A stretch of DNA of 64,000 nt from contig JAYPPO010000001.1 in NCBI GenBank assembly GCA_038131485.1, positions 150,053-214,052 on the forward strand. The letters run 5' to 3'. Positions 43,838-55,599 of this stretch are shown piece by piece. The position numbers and the translations under genes are program-made. Origin of the DNA: Alphaproteobacteria bacterium. GTDB taxonomy: Bacteria > Pseudomonadota > Alphaproteobacteria > MPNO01 > UBA830. Position 1 is the stretch's first letter. Every line of letters starts with the position of its first letter. The notes beneath the pieces were generated by a model that saw only the letters and a program-made list of their open reading frames with translations, was not told the origin of the DNA and did not search any database.

Positions 43838-44965
43838 TTACTCTGCGGTGTTGGAGGCCGCGTCCTCCTCTAACGCCATCTTTTGCGAGGCGAACGCGTC
43901 GATGCCGATTTCGGCGCGAAGAACGGCGGTGACCGCCGCCTTGTCCTCTTCGAGCGGCTGGCCGGTCGAATCGGCGACGCGGTCGATGGCGTTGAACAGG
44001 GCAGCGACGGCGGCCGAATCGACTAGCGCGTCCCCGCCCATCGCATCGACGATCGCCTGACGCGCGCGGATCAGCCTGTCGACGTCGGGGTCGAGCACCG
44101 CCTCTGCGAACTCGATCAGTAGCGCGCCTTGTTCGACGCCCGTGTCGCCCGCGCCTGACCCTTCAGTGATGGCGTGGAAGTTGAGGGTCTCACCAGCATG
44201 TTCGCTGCCCGCACGGAGCAGTACCGAATGGCTGGTCGTTCAATAGGTACACTGGTTGAGGGCGGAGATCCGGGCCGCGATCAGTTCGATCTGCAGGTGG
44301 CTGATCGCGCGGAATTCCTTCGTGAAGTCGCGCATCTGCGAGCCCGCTAGATACTGCGCGGCGACGACGTCGAAGAAGCTGCGCGCCTCGTCCGGCACTA
44401 GCGTAAGCGCGCGCCGAATGTTGGCCTCTGGACCGACGAAATAGTCTGCCTCGTTAGGTCCGAACTCGTCCCACGCGATATTTGGCGCCCACGCCTGATG
44501 CTGGCGCGCCTCCGTTGGCCGGTAGTGCGAAGGCTCGCCCCCTTGCGCGTCGGGCAGGGCGCGCGGTGGGATGCCCATGCCGTGCGCGAAGGTGTCGATC
44601 GCGATCGTGTGCGCAACGACGCTGACGATCTCGACGAAATGGGTCTCCGGGATCGCCGCGATGGTGCAGTCGTACCAGCTTCTGGTTAGGCGGCCCGGGT
44701 CGGCGACAATAAGGTGGATCATGTCGACCCAGTCACGTGGAAGATCGGTTCCGGCATCGTGCGAGTGTGTCACCAGGAAGGGCGAGAGCGCGTCGCGGAC
44801 TGCGACGCAGGTCGTGCAGCCCCGGGCATGGCGCGTTTCCGCCATTACCTCCACGCGCTGCTCGCCGGTCAGCCAGGCGCCCGGTTTCGACAGCCGGTCC
44901 CAGGCGCGAGCATGCGACTCGCTCAGCTCGTCGCGGATCTTATAGGGGGAGTCGGTGTAGTCCAT
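43838..44965 (-). CDS. Two-repeat AhpD/CMD-fold (alkylhydroperoxidase-like) selenoprotein; in-frame TGA (44242..44240) read as Sec, motif C-T-Y-U-T-T-S-H
   Basis: Track ORFs 44240..45037 and 43838..44098 share one frame and are separated only by the TGA plus 47 sense codons. Start taken at ATG 44965 (MDYTDSPYK) because 45037 would overlap tRNA-Sec. The N-terminal repeat carries an ordinary CTTC pair. Confidence 0.75.
44193..44235 (-). promoter_or_regulatory. Candidate SECIS hairpin of the AhpD-like selenoprotein
   Basis: Starts 7 nt after the UGA. Stems CCAGC/GCUGG, UUCG/CGAA and CUGCU/GGCAG, with a 3-nt bulge, a small internal loop and a 7-nt apical loop CCGUGCG. Confidence 0.6.
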
Positions 44966-45008
44966 AGTGGCTCTTTCCCGTCTGGTCGGCGTTCGTGCGC
45001 CGGGGATT

Positions 45009-45104
45009 TGGCGGAAAAGAGTGGGAGTCGAACCCACCAGGGACGTCTAACGCCCCTCACCGGTTTTGAAGACCGGGCGCCCCACCGGGGTGCGATTCTC
45101 TTCC
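45009..45104 (-). tRNA. selC: tRNA-Sec (anticodon UCA)
   Basis: 96 nt: GGAAGAGA...TCTTTTCC-G-CCA gives an 8-bp acceptor stem. Anticodon loop CUUCAAA (UCA), long variable arm GGTGAGGGGCGTTAGACGTCCCTGG, T-arm GTGGGTTCGACTCCCAC, encoded CCA. Confidence 0.9.
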
Positions 45105-45200
45105 GACCGACCGCAAAAACTAGCAGACAGTGCGAGTGGGCGGCAATGACGGCCGATAAGGGTGTCGGACTCCGGCCGCGCCTGCTAATTTTCGCCAGTC

Positions 45201-46115
45201 GTGACTGACCGTCCTTTTATCCTCGAAGCCTATCGCGGCTATGGTGCGCGCGGGCGCGCTGTATTGCGCGGGCGTATCTACCGCGAACCGCGATGCCGGT
45301 TCGCCTATTTACGCCGTCTCGCGCGGCGGGGGATCGGCGATATCGCGGTGACGGCACTTCTTGGAGGCGTCGAGGCGCGGGCCCGCACCGATCGGGACGG
45401 CTATTTCCGGCTCGCCTGGGACGCGCTTGATGACGGTCTCGAAGGTTGGCGTGACGTGTCGCTGAGCGCCGCCGGGACGACGGCGGCGGGTGAGTTACAC
45501 TTGCGCGGCGCTGCCAGCCGGTTCGTCGTCATCAGCGACATCGACGACACGGTGATGGTCACCGGCGTTGCCAACAAAGCGGCGATGTATTGGCGGCTGT
45601 TTCTGCAATCGCCCGACGCTCGCCGGGTATTTCCCGGCGCGCCGGCTTTCTATCGCGCGCTCCGCGACGGGACGGGGGGCGAGGACAATCCCGTCCTTTT
45701 CGTCTCGCGCGCGCCCTGGAGCATTTACGACGCATTGTCCCGGTTCTTCGCGAGTCAGGGAGTGGCAGAGCGGCCGATCCTGCTGATGCGCGAATGGGGG
45801 CTGACGCTTCAGAGCCCGATGCCGCGACGTGCGCGTGCCCACAAGCGCGAGCTGATCGACGAAATCCTCTCGGTCTACGGCAATGTTGATTGCGTGCTAA
45901 TTGGCGACAACGGCCAGCTAGATCCCGCCCTCTATGCTGATATCGCGGCGTCAAATCCTGGGATAATTCGCGCTGTCTATATCCGCGACGTCGCCGGGAC
46001 TGGCAGGGCCGATCCGCTGGAGAAACTGGATGCGTTGATTGTTAGCGCGGAAACGACCGACATGCTGCGGCACGCGGCTGCAGTGGGGCTGATCGCAGAC
46101 GTCACTCCCCGTTGA
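45201..46115 (+). CDS. App1-family (DUF2183) phosphatase-like protein
   Basis: GTG start; the VISDIDDTV and IGDNGQLDP motifs fit the HAD-like App1 catalytic domain. The 3' end overlaps selB convergently by 14 nt. Confidence 0.7.
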   Translation: MTDRPFILEAYRGYGARGRAVLRGRIYREPRCRFAYLRRLARRGIGDIAVTALLGGVEARARTDRDGYFRLAWDALDDGLEGWRDVSLSAAGTTAAGELHLRGAASRFVVISDIDDTVMVTGVANKAAMYWRLFLQSPDARRVFPGAPAFYRALRDGTGGEDNPVLFVSRAPWSIYDALSRFFASQGVAERPILLMREWGLTLQSPMPRRARAHKRELIDEILSVYGNVDCVLIGDNGQLDPALYADIAASNPGIIRAVYIRDVAGTGRADPLEKLDALIVSAETTDMLRHAAAVGLIADVTPR

Positions 46116-48027
46116 ACGCGTCGGCCGCTGGCCGGATGACCTCGTGGCCGTCGCCTATCCGCCGTGTGAATTTCACCTTGTCGAAAAATTCCAGCACCTC
46201 GATCGCAAGATTGCGGCCGATGTCGGAGGCGTCCCGAAAGGCGGCGGCAGTGACCATGCCGTCGGGCGCGTCGTCGGCGATCCGCTCAGTGATCTCGCCC
46301 AGCAAGCGCAGCGACGCCGGCGGGTAGAAGCGGTTCTTGGAGACTCGTACGACCATGCCGTGCCTTCCGGCGCGAACAAGCAGCGATTCCACCTTGCGGG
46401 GCTCGCTGCCGATTTCGCGGGCGATCTCGACGACAACGGGCGGCCGCAAGCCGCCGTCGAGCAAAATCGGTTCGATCTTGCGCCAGTTCGCGGCATCCGG
46501 GCCCTGCAGCGCCGGCCGATGGTCGGGCAGGCGGACGCCCATGCCTTCCTTAACGATGGCACCTTCGCGCACCAGTTCTGCGGCGATGGCGACCGCGGCA
46601 TCCGCGGGCAGTCGAATCCCAGTGCCGGCGAGGATCCGATTTTCGCCCGGGCCGACAACGTCCGGCGATTTTCTGTGGAAGGCGGCGAGGCCCTCCAGCA
46701 CGGCTATGCGAAGTTTCGCCCAGCGTGTTTCGGAGAAGGCAAGCGGCGCGCCTGGGACGCTGACGCGTTTCATTGCCACCAACTCTGCCATTGCTCCGAT
46801 GTCGTCCGGCGTCAGATTGCGCGCGGCGGCGAACCGGTCGAGATCGAGTCCATTGGGCGCAGCGTCGAGCAGGGCCGATAGCGCGGTCGCGTCGTCCGCT
46901 TCCTCCATCGCCGACAAGAAGGCGAGACGGCTGAGGTGCGCGCGGCCCCGCACCGGAGGGAAGATATCGACTACGCGTCCGCCGCCCACGGTGCGCTGTG
47001 CCGACTGGTCGCGGACGATCAGCCCGTCGCCGTGCACCGCCCCGACCGGTACGTCGAGCACAAGCTGGACCAACGCATCCTCGCCTGGCTGCACCGCGGC
47101 CCCTTCGAGTATCGCAACGCGCCCGGTCGTCTCCATCGCGCCGAGATGGACGTGCACCGGCGTCCAGTGCGTGAGCGGCTGCGCTTCCGACCCGAGCACG
47201 CGAAGCCGGACGTCGATCTTGCGGGCGGGGGGCGGAACGTTGCCAGTAACGACCCAGTCGCCGCGCTTGATCAGATCCTTGTCGAGCTCGGTGCCCGCGA
47301 GGTTGAGGGCGCAGCGCTGGCCCGCCTGGCCGCGCTCGGCTTGGGCGTTCTGCGCATGGACGCCTCGGACGCGCACCTCCATGCCAGCGCCGGCGATACG
47401 GGCTGGCTCGCCGGGTGAGATTTTCCCTGAAAACGCGGTCCCCGTGACGACCAGTCCCGCGCCGACGACGTTGAAGCGCCGGTCGATGGCGAGCCGAAAA
47501 TTGCCGGCCGTCGGGCGCCGTGGCAGGTCGCGCGCGCTCGCGATGAGGTGTTCCTTGAGCGCCTCGATTCCGTCGCCGGTCATGGCGGACAGCGGGAATA
47601 TCGGCGCGTCTTCGAGCGTGGTACCCGCCAGCAGCAGATCTATCTCTTCCGCCACCTCGACGGCGCGCTCTTCCGGCACCCGGTCGATTTTAGTCAGGGC
47701 CACCGCGCCGCGAGAGACGCCAAGTAGGTCAAGAATCGCAAGATGTTCTTGCGTCTGCGGCATCGGACCGTCGTCCGCCGCGACGATGAACAGCACGAAA
47801 TCGATGCCCGCGACACCGCACAGCATGTTGCGAATGAACTTTTCATGGCCGGGCACGTCGATGAAACCGATGGTCTCCGCCCCTTCGAGCGGTAGATACG
47901 CGAAGCCAAGATCAATGGTGAGGCTGCGCTTCTTCTCTTCCGGCAGCCGGTCTGTATCCACGCCCGTCAGCGCCTTGATCAGCAGCGTCTTGCCGTGATC
48001 GACGTGGCCCGCCGTGGCAATGATCAT
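46102..48027 (-). CDS. selB: Selenocysteine-specific translation elongation factor SelB
   Basis: MIIATAGHVDHGKTLLIKALTG...DRLPEEKKRSLTIDLGF GTPase domain plus long C-terminal winged-helix region; 641 aa. ATGA overlap with selA. Confidence 0.9.
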   Translation of the reverse strand: MIIATAGHVDHGKTLLIKALTGVDTDRLPEEKKRSLTIDLGFAYLPLEGAETIGFIDVPGHEKFIRNMLCGVAGIDFVLFIVAADDGPMPQTQEHLAILDLLGVSRGAVALTKIDRVPEERAVEVAEEIDLLLAGTTLEDAPIFPLSAMTGDGIEALKEHLIASARDLPRRPTAGNFRLAIDRRFNVVGAGLVVTGTAFSGKISPGEPARIAGAGMEVRVRGVHAQNAQAERGQAGQRCALNLAGTELDKDLIKRGDWVVTGNVPPPARKIDVRLRVLGSEAQPLTHWTPVHVHLGAMETTGRVAILEGAAVQPGEDALVQLVLDVPVGAVHGDGLIVRDQSAQRTVGGGRVVDIFPPVRGRAHLSRLAFLSAMEEADDATALSALLDAAPNGLDLDRFAAARNLTPDDIGAMAELVAMKRVSVPGAPLAFSETRWAKLRIAVLEGLAAFHRKSPDVVGPGENRILAGTGIRLPADAAVAIAAELVREGAIVKEGMGVRLPDHRPALQGPDAANWRKIEPILLDGGLRPPVVVEIAREIGSEPRKVESLLVRAGRHGMVVRVSKNRFYPPASLRLLGEITERIADDAPDGMVTAAAFRDASDIGRNLAIEVLEFFDKVKFTRRIGDGHEVIRPAADAFNGE

Positions 48028-49436
48028 TTGGCCGGAGAGAGTTTGAAAAGCTGAGCCGCAAACCCGGCCTCGTCGTCGAGGCAGCGAAGATCGAGGACGA
48101 AGCTGTCACCCTGGATACGGCCGATCACAGGAACAGGCAGGAAGCGGAACGCGCTAGCCAGCCCGTTCAGCGAGGAACCAGCCGACTTCGTTTTTTTCGG
48201 TACAACGGCGAGCCCGGCGCTCGGTATGCGCTGGGTCGGGAGCGCGCCGGAGCCGATCTGGCTGTCGCAGTCGGCGACCTCGACAACTCCGAAGTCGCCA
48301 ACGGCTTGCTGCAACGCCGGCTGCAGCCGAGAGGCCGCGGCGCGTATGTCTTCGACCGGCCGGGCGAGCCAGCGCAGCGTGGGGACCCGCGCGACCAGGC
48401 GGTCTGGATTGGCGTAGAGCCGGAGGGTGGCCGACAGCGCCGCGATCGTCATCTTGTCGCAGCGGAGTGCACGTTTCATCGGGTTCTTTTTGAGTTTCGC
48501 GACGATGTCTTTCCTGCCGACGATGATGCCGCATTGCGGTCCGCCCAGCAGCTTGTCGCCCGAGAACGTCACGACGTCCGCACCGTTCTTCATCGCCTCC
48601 ATCGGCGTGGGCTCGTGCGGGAGCCCAAAGCGTTCGAGATTGACAAGCGTGCCGCTGCCGAGGTCGATGGCGAAGGGCAGGCCGTTGTCGTGGCAAAGCT
48701 TCGCAAGCTTGGATTCCGGCACTTCGGCCGTGAAACCCTCGACAACATAGTTGCTGGTATGAACCTTCATGATCATGCCGGTCCTGCGCCCGATCGCCTC
48801 GGCATAGTCCTTCAAGTGCGTCCGATTGGTGGTACCGACTTCGATCAGCTTACAGCCCGACCGCGCCATGATGTCCGGCATGCGGAAGGAGCCGCCGATC
48901 TCGATCAGCTCGCCGCGCGACATCGGCACTTCCTTTCGGCTGGCGAGGCTGTTGAGAACCAGCATAACTGCAGCGGCGTTGTTGTTGACGATGGTGGCTG
49001 CTTCCGCGCCCGTCATCCGGGAGAGGATGCTCTCGATATGCTCGTCGCGGTCTCCGCGTTTTCCGGGCTCGATACGGTACTCGAGGTTGCTCGCGCCGCG
49101 CGCGGCTTCGGCGACGGCGTTGATCGCCTCTTCAGGAAGCGCGGCGCGGCCGAGATTCGTGTGAAGGACCGTGCCGGTCAGGTTGTAGACCGGTCGAAGC
49201 GAAGGGGTCGCCCGACGGTCGAGCTCCTCGGCAACGGCGGCGGCTATGGCGGGAATTTCCATAGCCGGGCCTCCCTCGTTGCGCAGCGTCTCGCGAAGCT
49301 TCGACAGCACTTGCCTGACGGCGTCGGTAGTTTCGCTCCGACCGAACTCCTCTGCGAGCGGCGCCATTTCGGCGTCGCCTAGCAGGCGGTCGACGCTCGG
49401 GAGCGCTGCAAGCGGGTTTCTGGTGTCGTCCGGCAT
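48024..49436 (-). CDS. selA: L-seryl-tRNA(Sec) selenium transferase SelA
   Basis: 470 aa; VNNNAAAV, KVHTSNY and the PLP-lysine block FSGDKLLGGPQCG are present. Confidence 0.9.
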   Translation of the reverse strand: MPDDTRNPLAALPSVDRLLGDAEMAPLAEEFGRSETTDAVRQVLSKLRETLRNEGGPAMEIPAIAAAVAEELDRRATPSLRPVYNLTGTVLHTNLGRAALPEEAINAVAEAARGASNLEYRIEPGKRGDRDEHIESILSRMTGAEAATIVNNNAAAVMLVLNSLASRKEVPMSRGELIEIGGSFRMPDIMARSGCKLIEVGTTNRTHLKDYAEAIGRRTGMIMKVHTSNYVVEGFTAEVPESKLAKLCHDNGLPFAIDLGSGTLVNLERFGLPHEPTPMEAMKNGADVVTFSGDKLLGGPQCGIIVGRKDIVAKLKKNPMKRALRCDKMTIAALSATLRLYANPDRLVARVPTLRWLARPVEDIRAAASRLQPALQQAVGDFGVVEVADCDSQIGSGALPTQRIPSAGLAVVPKKTKSAGSSLNGLASAFRFLPVPVIGRIQGDSFVLDLRCLDDEAGFAAQLFKLSPAK

Positions 49437-49597
49437 AACGGGTGGAGAATAGGCCTTTCGAAGGCTGACGAAAACCTTCCGGGCGGCCCGGGTCGCGGCT
49501 CTTTATGCGATCGCGAAGACATTTACGGCTTGATCAAACGCAGGTGCCAAAAAACAAGATACGTCCTATTCTCTGCGGCAAGAGAGAGACGAAATGG

Positions 49598-49798
49598 ATG
49601 CCAGTTCACGATGCGCTCTTGGCGCTGATCGCCAGGGGCGCCGGTCTCAATGCGCTAGAGAACGACCGTTATGATGTCGTGATGATCGCGTCGGTCACGG
49701 ACAATACAAAGACGCGCGGTATCGTGCTGAAGGCTGGTACCAGCCCGTTTGATGGCTCGAGGCTCCTCATGCTGGCTGAGAAATGCGGCTACACTTAA
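49598..49798 (+). CDS. Hypothetical small protein (66 aa)
   Basis: Inner ATG of track ORF 49505..49798 with GAGAGAG upstream. Moderate GC3 in a lower-GC intergenic region. No recognisable family. Confidence 0.3.
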   Translation: MPVHDALLALIARGAGLNALENDRYDVVMIASVTDNTKTRGIVLKAGTSPFDGSRLLMLAEKCGYT

Positions 49799-49871
49799 GT
49801 GGCCGACACACTGCGCGCGGCGGGCGGCCGGCCCTGACCGGATGAAGCCGCCGCAGTCCCAGGAGGGTGAT

Positions 49872-51089
49872 ATGGACGAAAACGTTTCACGCAATCTCCG
49901 GCCGTCGCTCAAAGCCTCCGCGCGGCGATTCACTGACATAGGCTCTTTTCCCGAACCGGCGCGTACCCGCGTCGGCCAGGTTTTCGAGGCGGCGAAAGCG
50001 TCGCTCGCCCGCGAGTTTGTCGGAATCACGGCGGGTGATATTCCGCGCGGCCTGTTTCCCGTCGTCAAGACCGGCATATCGATGGCGTCGGTACTCAAGG
50101 CTGCGGACCGCCTCCGGGCGGCGCTTGGCCATGACCTGTGGACGCAGGCCTGCTTTCCCGTAGAGGACGACGGTCCGTGGCGGTCGTGGCACAATATGCA
50201 CATCTTCCTCATGCGCCACGGCGTCTCTCTTGCCGAGCTGAGTGATGCCCAGCGCAATGCGGCGCTCGGCCTCGTCGAGGCGTGCTCCAGCGCCGCCGGC
50301 TACCGCAACGCGCGCGACATCATGCGCCTGAACGAGCATGCCGCCGAGATTACTGGCGACCACGAGGAATTCGGCGAATGGTGGTACTGGATCAGCCTTT
50401 TCGGCGAGCCATCCGAGACCGCCCCGTGGGGCTGGCAGATCGACGGTCACCACCTAATCGTCAACTGCTTCATCTACGGCGATCAGATGGTGATGACCCC
50501 CGATTTCCGCGGTTCCGAGCCGGTGCATGCGAAATCCGGCAAGTACGCGGGCACCCGTGTCTTCCACGAGGAACAGTCGCGCGGGCTTCAGTTCATGCAG
50601 GCGCTGTCGGCCAGCCAACAGGAACAGGCGGTCGTTTGCACTCAGCTGCCGCGCGATGTGATTACGACCGCGCAGATGGACAATCTCGAGCTGGCCTATG
50701 CGGGTATCCGTTCTGACGTGTTGGAGCCCACCCAGCAGAAGCTCTTGATGGAGCTGATCGAGATTTATGTCGGGCGCCTGCCCACGGGCCATGACAAGAT
50801 CCGGATGGACGAGGTGAAGAAGCATCTTGCGGAGACACATTTCTCCTGGATCGGCATGCATGAAGCGTCGGAGCCTTTCTACTACAGGGTGCACAGCCCA
50901 GTGATCCTGATCGAGTTCGATCATCTACCCGGCATCATCTGGGACAACATGGAGCCGACGCAGGACCATATCCACACCATCGTGCGGACGCCGAACGGCA
51001 ATGACTACGGCCGCGACCTGCTGCGCCAGCACTACGAGCACCACGACCACAGCCACGCGAATACTCCGCACCGAAAGGGGCTGGTGTGA
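49872..51089 (+). CDS. DUF3500 family protein
   Basis: ATG 49872 behind AGGAGGG. The block WYWISLFGEPSETAPWGWQIDGHHLIVN matches my recollection of DUF3500. Confidence 0.7.
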   Translation: MDENVSRNLRPSLKASARRFTDIGSFPEPARTRVGQVFEAAKASLAREFVGITAGDIPRGLFPVVKTGISMASVLKAADRLRAALGHDLWTQACFPVEDDGPWRSWHNMHIFLMRHGVSLAELSDAQRNAALGLVEACSSAAGYRNARDIMRLNEHAAEITGDHEEFGEWWYWISLFGEPSETAPWGWQIDGHHLIVNCFIYGDQMVMTPDFRGSEPVHAKSGKYAGTRVFHEEQSRGLQFMQALSASQQEQAVVCTQLPRDVITTAQMDNLELAYAGIRSDVLEPTQQKLLMELIEIYVGRLPTGHDKIRMDEVKKHLAETHFSWIGMHEASEPFYYRVHSPVILIEFDHLPGIIWDNMEPTQDHIHTIVRTPNGNDYGRDLLRQHYEHHDHSHANTPHRKGLV

Positions 51090-51199
51090 CGCAATTGTTG
51101 TAAAGAAGATGGGCCAGGAAGACGGACAGGTGTTAGACGCGCCCCTGAGCAACATCGAGGTATCAGCAGGGATCGGTCTAAGACCGGCCTGAACGGTGC

Positions 51200-52804
<1,605 letters not shown>

Positions 52805-52943
52805 GTCATATTCCTGAGGATCGGTGCGGCGCGAATATAGGGTGGGTTGGGCAGAATTTACAGGGAAAGCTCCAGTAGTCGATTTGTCACTTCCTGCGCG
52901 CTACGATAACTGGAGACAAACGGCACGGTGCGAGGGACACGCC

Positions 52944-54254
52944 ATGGATACGCTCACCGCCACCAAGCTCGACTACCAGTCCGGTTTTGGTAACGAATTC
53001 GCCACGGAGGCGCTGCCCGGCGCGCTGCCGGAAGGGCGGAATTCGCCGCAAAAAGCGCCCTACGGGCTCTATGCCGAACTGATCAGCGGCACGGCTTTCA
53101 CGCAGCCGCGGGGCGAAAATCTGCGCACCTGGGTCTACAGGATGCGTCCGTCGGCGACGCACGGTGCATTCCGCCGGATCGATGCCGGGTTGTGGCGCAC
53201 CCCGCCGTTTTCCGGGGGTGTTCTCACGCCTCAGCAGAATCGTTGGGACCCGTTCCCGATCCCCAAGGGCGACGTCGACTTCATCGACGGGATGAGCACG
53301 ATCGGTGGCAACGGCGATGCCAACGCGCAGGCAGGTATCGGCATCCACGTCTATACGGCGAATAAGTCGATGACCGGGAGGTTCTTGTATAACGCCGACG
53401 GCGAGATGTTGTTCGTCCCGCAGCAGGGACGGCTGCGGGTAGTGACCGAGTTGGGCGTCCTTGAGGCGGCACCGAACGAGATCGCTGTCGTCCCACGCGG
53501 GGTCAAGTTCCGCGCCGAGCTTCCCGACGGGCCATCGCGAGGCTATGTCTGCGAAAACTACGGAGCGGCGCTGCGTCTTCCCGACCTCGGGCCGATCGGC
53601 TCGAACGGGCTCGCCAATCCGCGCGACTTCCGTGCCCCGGTCGCCGGATTTGAGGACAAGGAGGGTGACTTCGAGCTGGTCGCCAAGTTCGGCGGCGGGC
53701 TGTGGGCGGCTGAAATGGGCCATTCACCGCTTGACGTTGTCGCGTGGCACGGCAATCTCGCACCATACAAGTACAACCTCGCCAACTTCATGGCGATCGG
53801 CACGGTCAGCTTCGATCACCCGGATCCGTCAATCTATACGGTGCTCACCTCGCCGTCGGGACCGCTCGGGCTCGCCAACGTCGATTTCGTGATTTTCCCG
53901 CCGCGCTGGCTCGTAGGCGAGGATACGTTCCGGCCGCCGTGGTATCATCGCAACTTCATGAGCGAATTCATGGGGCTCGTACGAGGCCAGTACGATGCCA
54001 AGCCAGAAGGTTTCGTACCCGGTGGCGCCAGCCTGCACAACGCGATGTCGGCGCACGGACCCGACGTGGATGCTTTCGAGAACGCGACGAAAGCCGATCT
54101 AAAGCCCGTGAAGCTGGACGAAACGATGGCATTCATGTTCGAGACCCGCTACCCGATCCGGCTGACGGACTGGGCGGCCAATAGCCCCCAGATGCAGCAA
54201 GGCTATTCGGCGTGCTGGGACGGGCTTGAGAAGAAATTCACGGGGAAAAAATAA
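52944..54254 (+). CDS. hmgA: Homogentisate 1,2-dioxygenase
   Basis: ATG 52944; [26 protein letters not shown] and later blocks are diagnostic. The track extension to 52824 is unsupported. Confidence 0.9.
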   Translation: MDTLTATKLDYQSGFGNEFATEALPGALPEGRNSPQKAPYGLYAELISGTAFTQPRGENLRTWVYRMRPSATHGAFRRIDAGLWRTPPFSGGVLTPQQNRWDPFPIPKGDVDFIDGMSTIGGNGDANAQAGIGIHVYTANKSMTGRFLYNADGEMLFVPQQGRLRVVTELGVLEAAPNEIAVVPRGVKFRAELPDGPSRGYVCENYGAALRLPDLGPIGSNGLANPRDFRAPVAGFEDKEGDFELVAKFGGGLWAAEMGHSPLDVVAWHGNLAPYKYNLANFMAIGTVSFDHPDPSIYTVLTSPSGPLGLANVDFVIFPPRWLVGEDTFRPPWYHRNFMSEFMGLVRGQYDAKPEGFVPGGASLHNAMSAHGPDVDAFENATKADLKPVKLDETMAFMFETRYPIRLTDWAANSPQMQQGYSACWDGLEKKFTGKK

Positions 54255-55576
54255 TGCCGACATTGAACGACACCCACGATCCGGCCCTGGAGAGCTGGGT
54301 CGAAGGGGCCGATGCGCACAGCGCGGATTTTCCGGTCCAGAACCTGCCTTTCGGCGTGTTCGTCCATCCCGACACCGGCGCGCCGACGGTCGGCGTTGCC
54401 ATCGGAGGCTCGATCCTCGACGTCTCGGCCGCCTATGCGAAGGGCTTGATAGGTGGCGCTGCGGACGATGCGGCGCAGGCTTGCGGCGGGCCGACGTTGA
54501 ACGCGCTGATGTCGCTCGGTGGGCAACACTGGTCGGCGCTGCGGGCGGCCCTCTCGCTGTTGCTGCGGGCTGATACCGAGGCCGGCGAGCAGGCCCAAGA
54601 AGTTGCGGGAGAAATTCTCGTCCCGATGGCCGGCACTAAGCTGCTGCTGCCGGTCCAGATCGGCGACTACACGGATTTCTACGCCTCGATCTTCCACGCG
54701 ACCAACGTCGGCAAGATGCTGCGGCCGGATAATCCTCTGATGCCGAACTACAAGCACATTCCGATTGCCTATCACGGTCGTGCGTCGTCAATCGTCGTCA
54801 GCGGCGAACCGTGCAAGCGCCCTGTGGGCCAGTTAAAGGCACCCGATGCCGAAGCGCCGTCCTTCGGCGCGTCAATGGCATTCGACTACGAGACCGAGAT
54901 TGCTTTCTATGTTGGGCCCGGCAACCCGCTCGGCCAGCCCGTGGCGTTAGAAGAGGCGGAGGACCACATCTTCGGGCTCTGTATCCTCAACGACTGGTCG
55001 GCACGCGACATCCAGGCGTGGGAATACCAGCCGCTCGGCCCGTTCCTTGCCAAGAGCTTCGCCTCGCACCTCTCGCCCTGGGTAGTGACGATGGAGGCCC
55101 TTGCGCCGTTCCGCTGTGGTGCCTACCGCCGCCCGGAGGGCGATCCGTCACCGCTGCCTTACCTGACGTCTGCCGCCAACGAGTCAGAAGGTGGATTCGA
55201 CGTTCAAATCGAGGTCTCCATCGCGTCCGCGAAGATGCGCGCCGAGGGGATGGATCCCGAGGTCCTCGCGGTCACCAATATGCAGCATCTCTACTGGACT
55301 ATCTTCCAGATGCTAACTCACCACACGTCCAACGGTTGCAACCTGCGCCCCGGAGACATGATGGGGACGGGTACTATTTCCGGGCCCGACGAGGACTCGC
55401 TCGGCTCGATTCTCGAGATCACCAAACGCGGCACGAGTCCTGTGAAGCTGCCGACCGGCGAGGAACGAAAGTTCCTCGGCGACGGCGACGAGCTGACCAT
55501 GCGCGCCTGGTGCGAGAAGGACGGCGCACGGGCCATCGGCTTCGGCGCTTGCAGCGCCGTGATCGAGCCCGCCTGA
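54254..55576 (+). CDS. fahA: Fumarylacetoacetase
   Basis: The start overlaps the hmgA stop (TAATG). SWV...DFPVQNLPFGVF N-terminal domain plus FAH core; 440 aa. Confidence 0.9.
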   Translation: MPTLNDTHDPALESWVEGADAHSADFPVQNLPFGVFVHPDTGAPTVGVAIGGSILDVSAAYAKGLIGGAADDAAQACGGPTLNALMSLGGQHWSALRAALSLLLRADTEAGEQAQEVAGEILVPMAGTKLLLPVQIGDYTDFYASIFHATNVGKMLRPDNPLMPNYKHIPIAYHGRASSIVVSGEPCKRPVGQLKAPDAEAPSFGASMAFDYETEIAFYVGPGNPLGQPVALEEAEDHIFGLCILNDWSARDIQAWEYQPLGPFLAKSFASHLSPWVVTMEALAPFRCGAYRRPEGDPSPLPYLTSAANESEGGFDVQIEVSIASAKMRAEGMDPEVLAVTNMQHLYWTIFQMLTHHTSNGCNLRPGDMMGTGTISGPDEDSLGSILEITKRGTSPVKLPTGEERKFLGDGDELTMRAWCEKDGARAIGFGACSAVIEPA

Positions 55577-55599
55577 CGGGCGGCCTCCGGTTCCAATCC

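Noticed and set aside
45105-45200. Promoter for selC and the selenoprotein operon (TTGCCG-N18-TAGTTT on the minus strand)
   Set aside because: The match to sigma-70-type consensus is weak (3/6 in the -10 element). It is not reliable without transcript data.
46337-47998. 553-aa plus-strand ORF (plus 46144..46881)
   Set aside because: Antisense to selB. The composition is Ser/Arg/Pro/Ala-rich with no recognisable motifs.
54811-55599. N-terminal 263 codons of the 1037-aa track ORF 54811..57924
   Set aside because: This part is an alternate frame of fahA. The CoxL-family N-terminus (MADIVGARVKRIEDP) starts at 55600.
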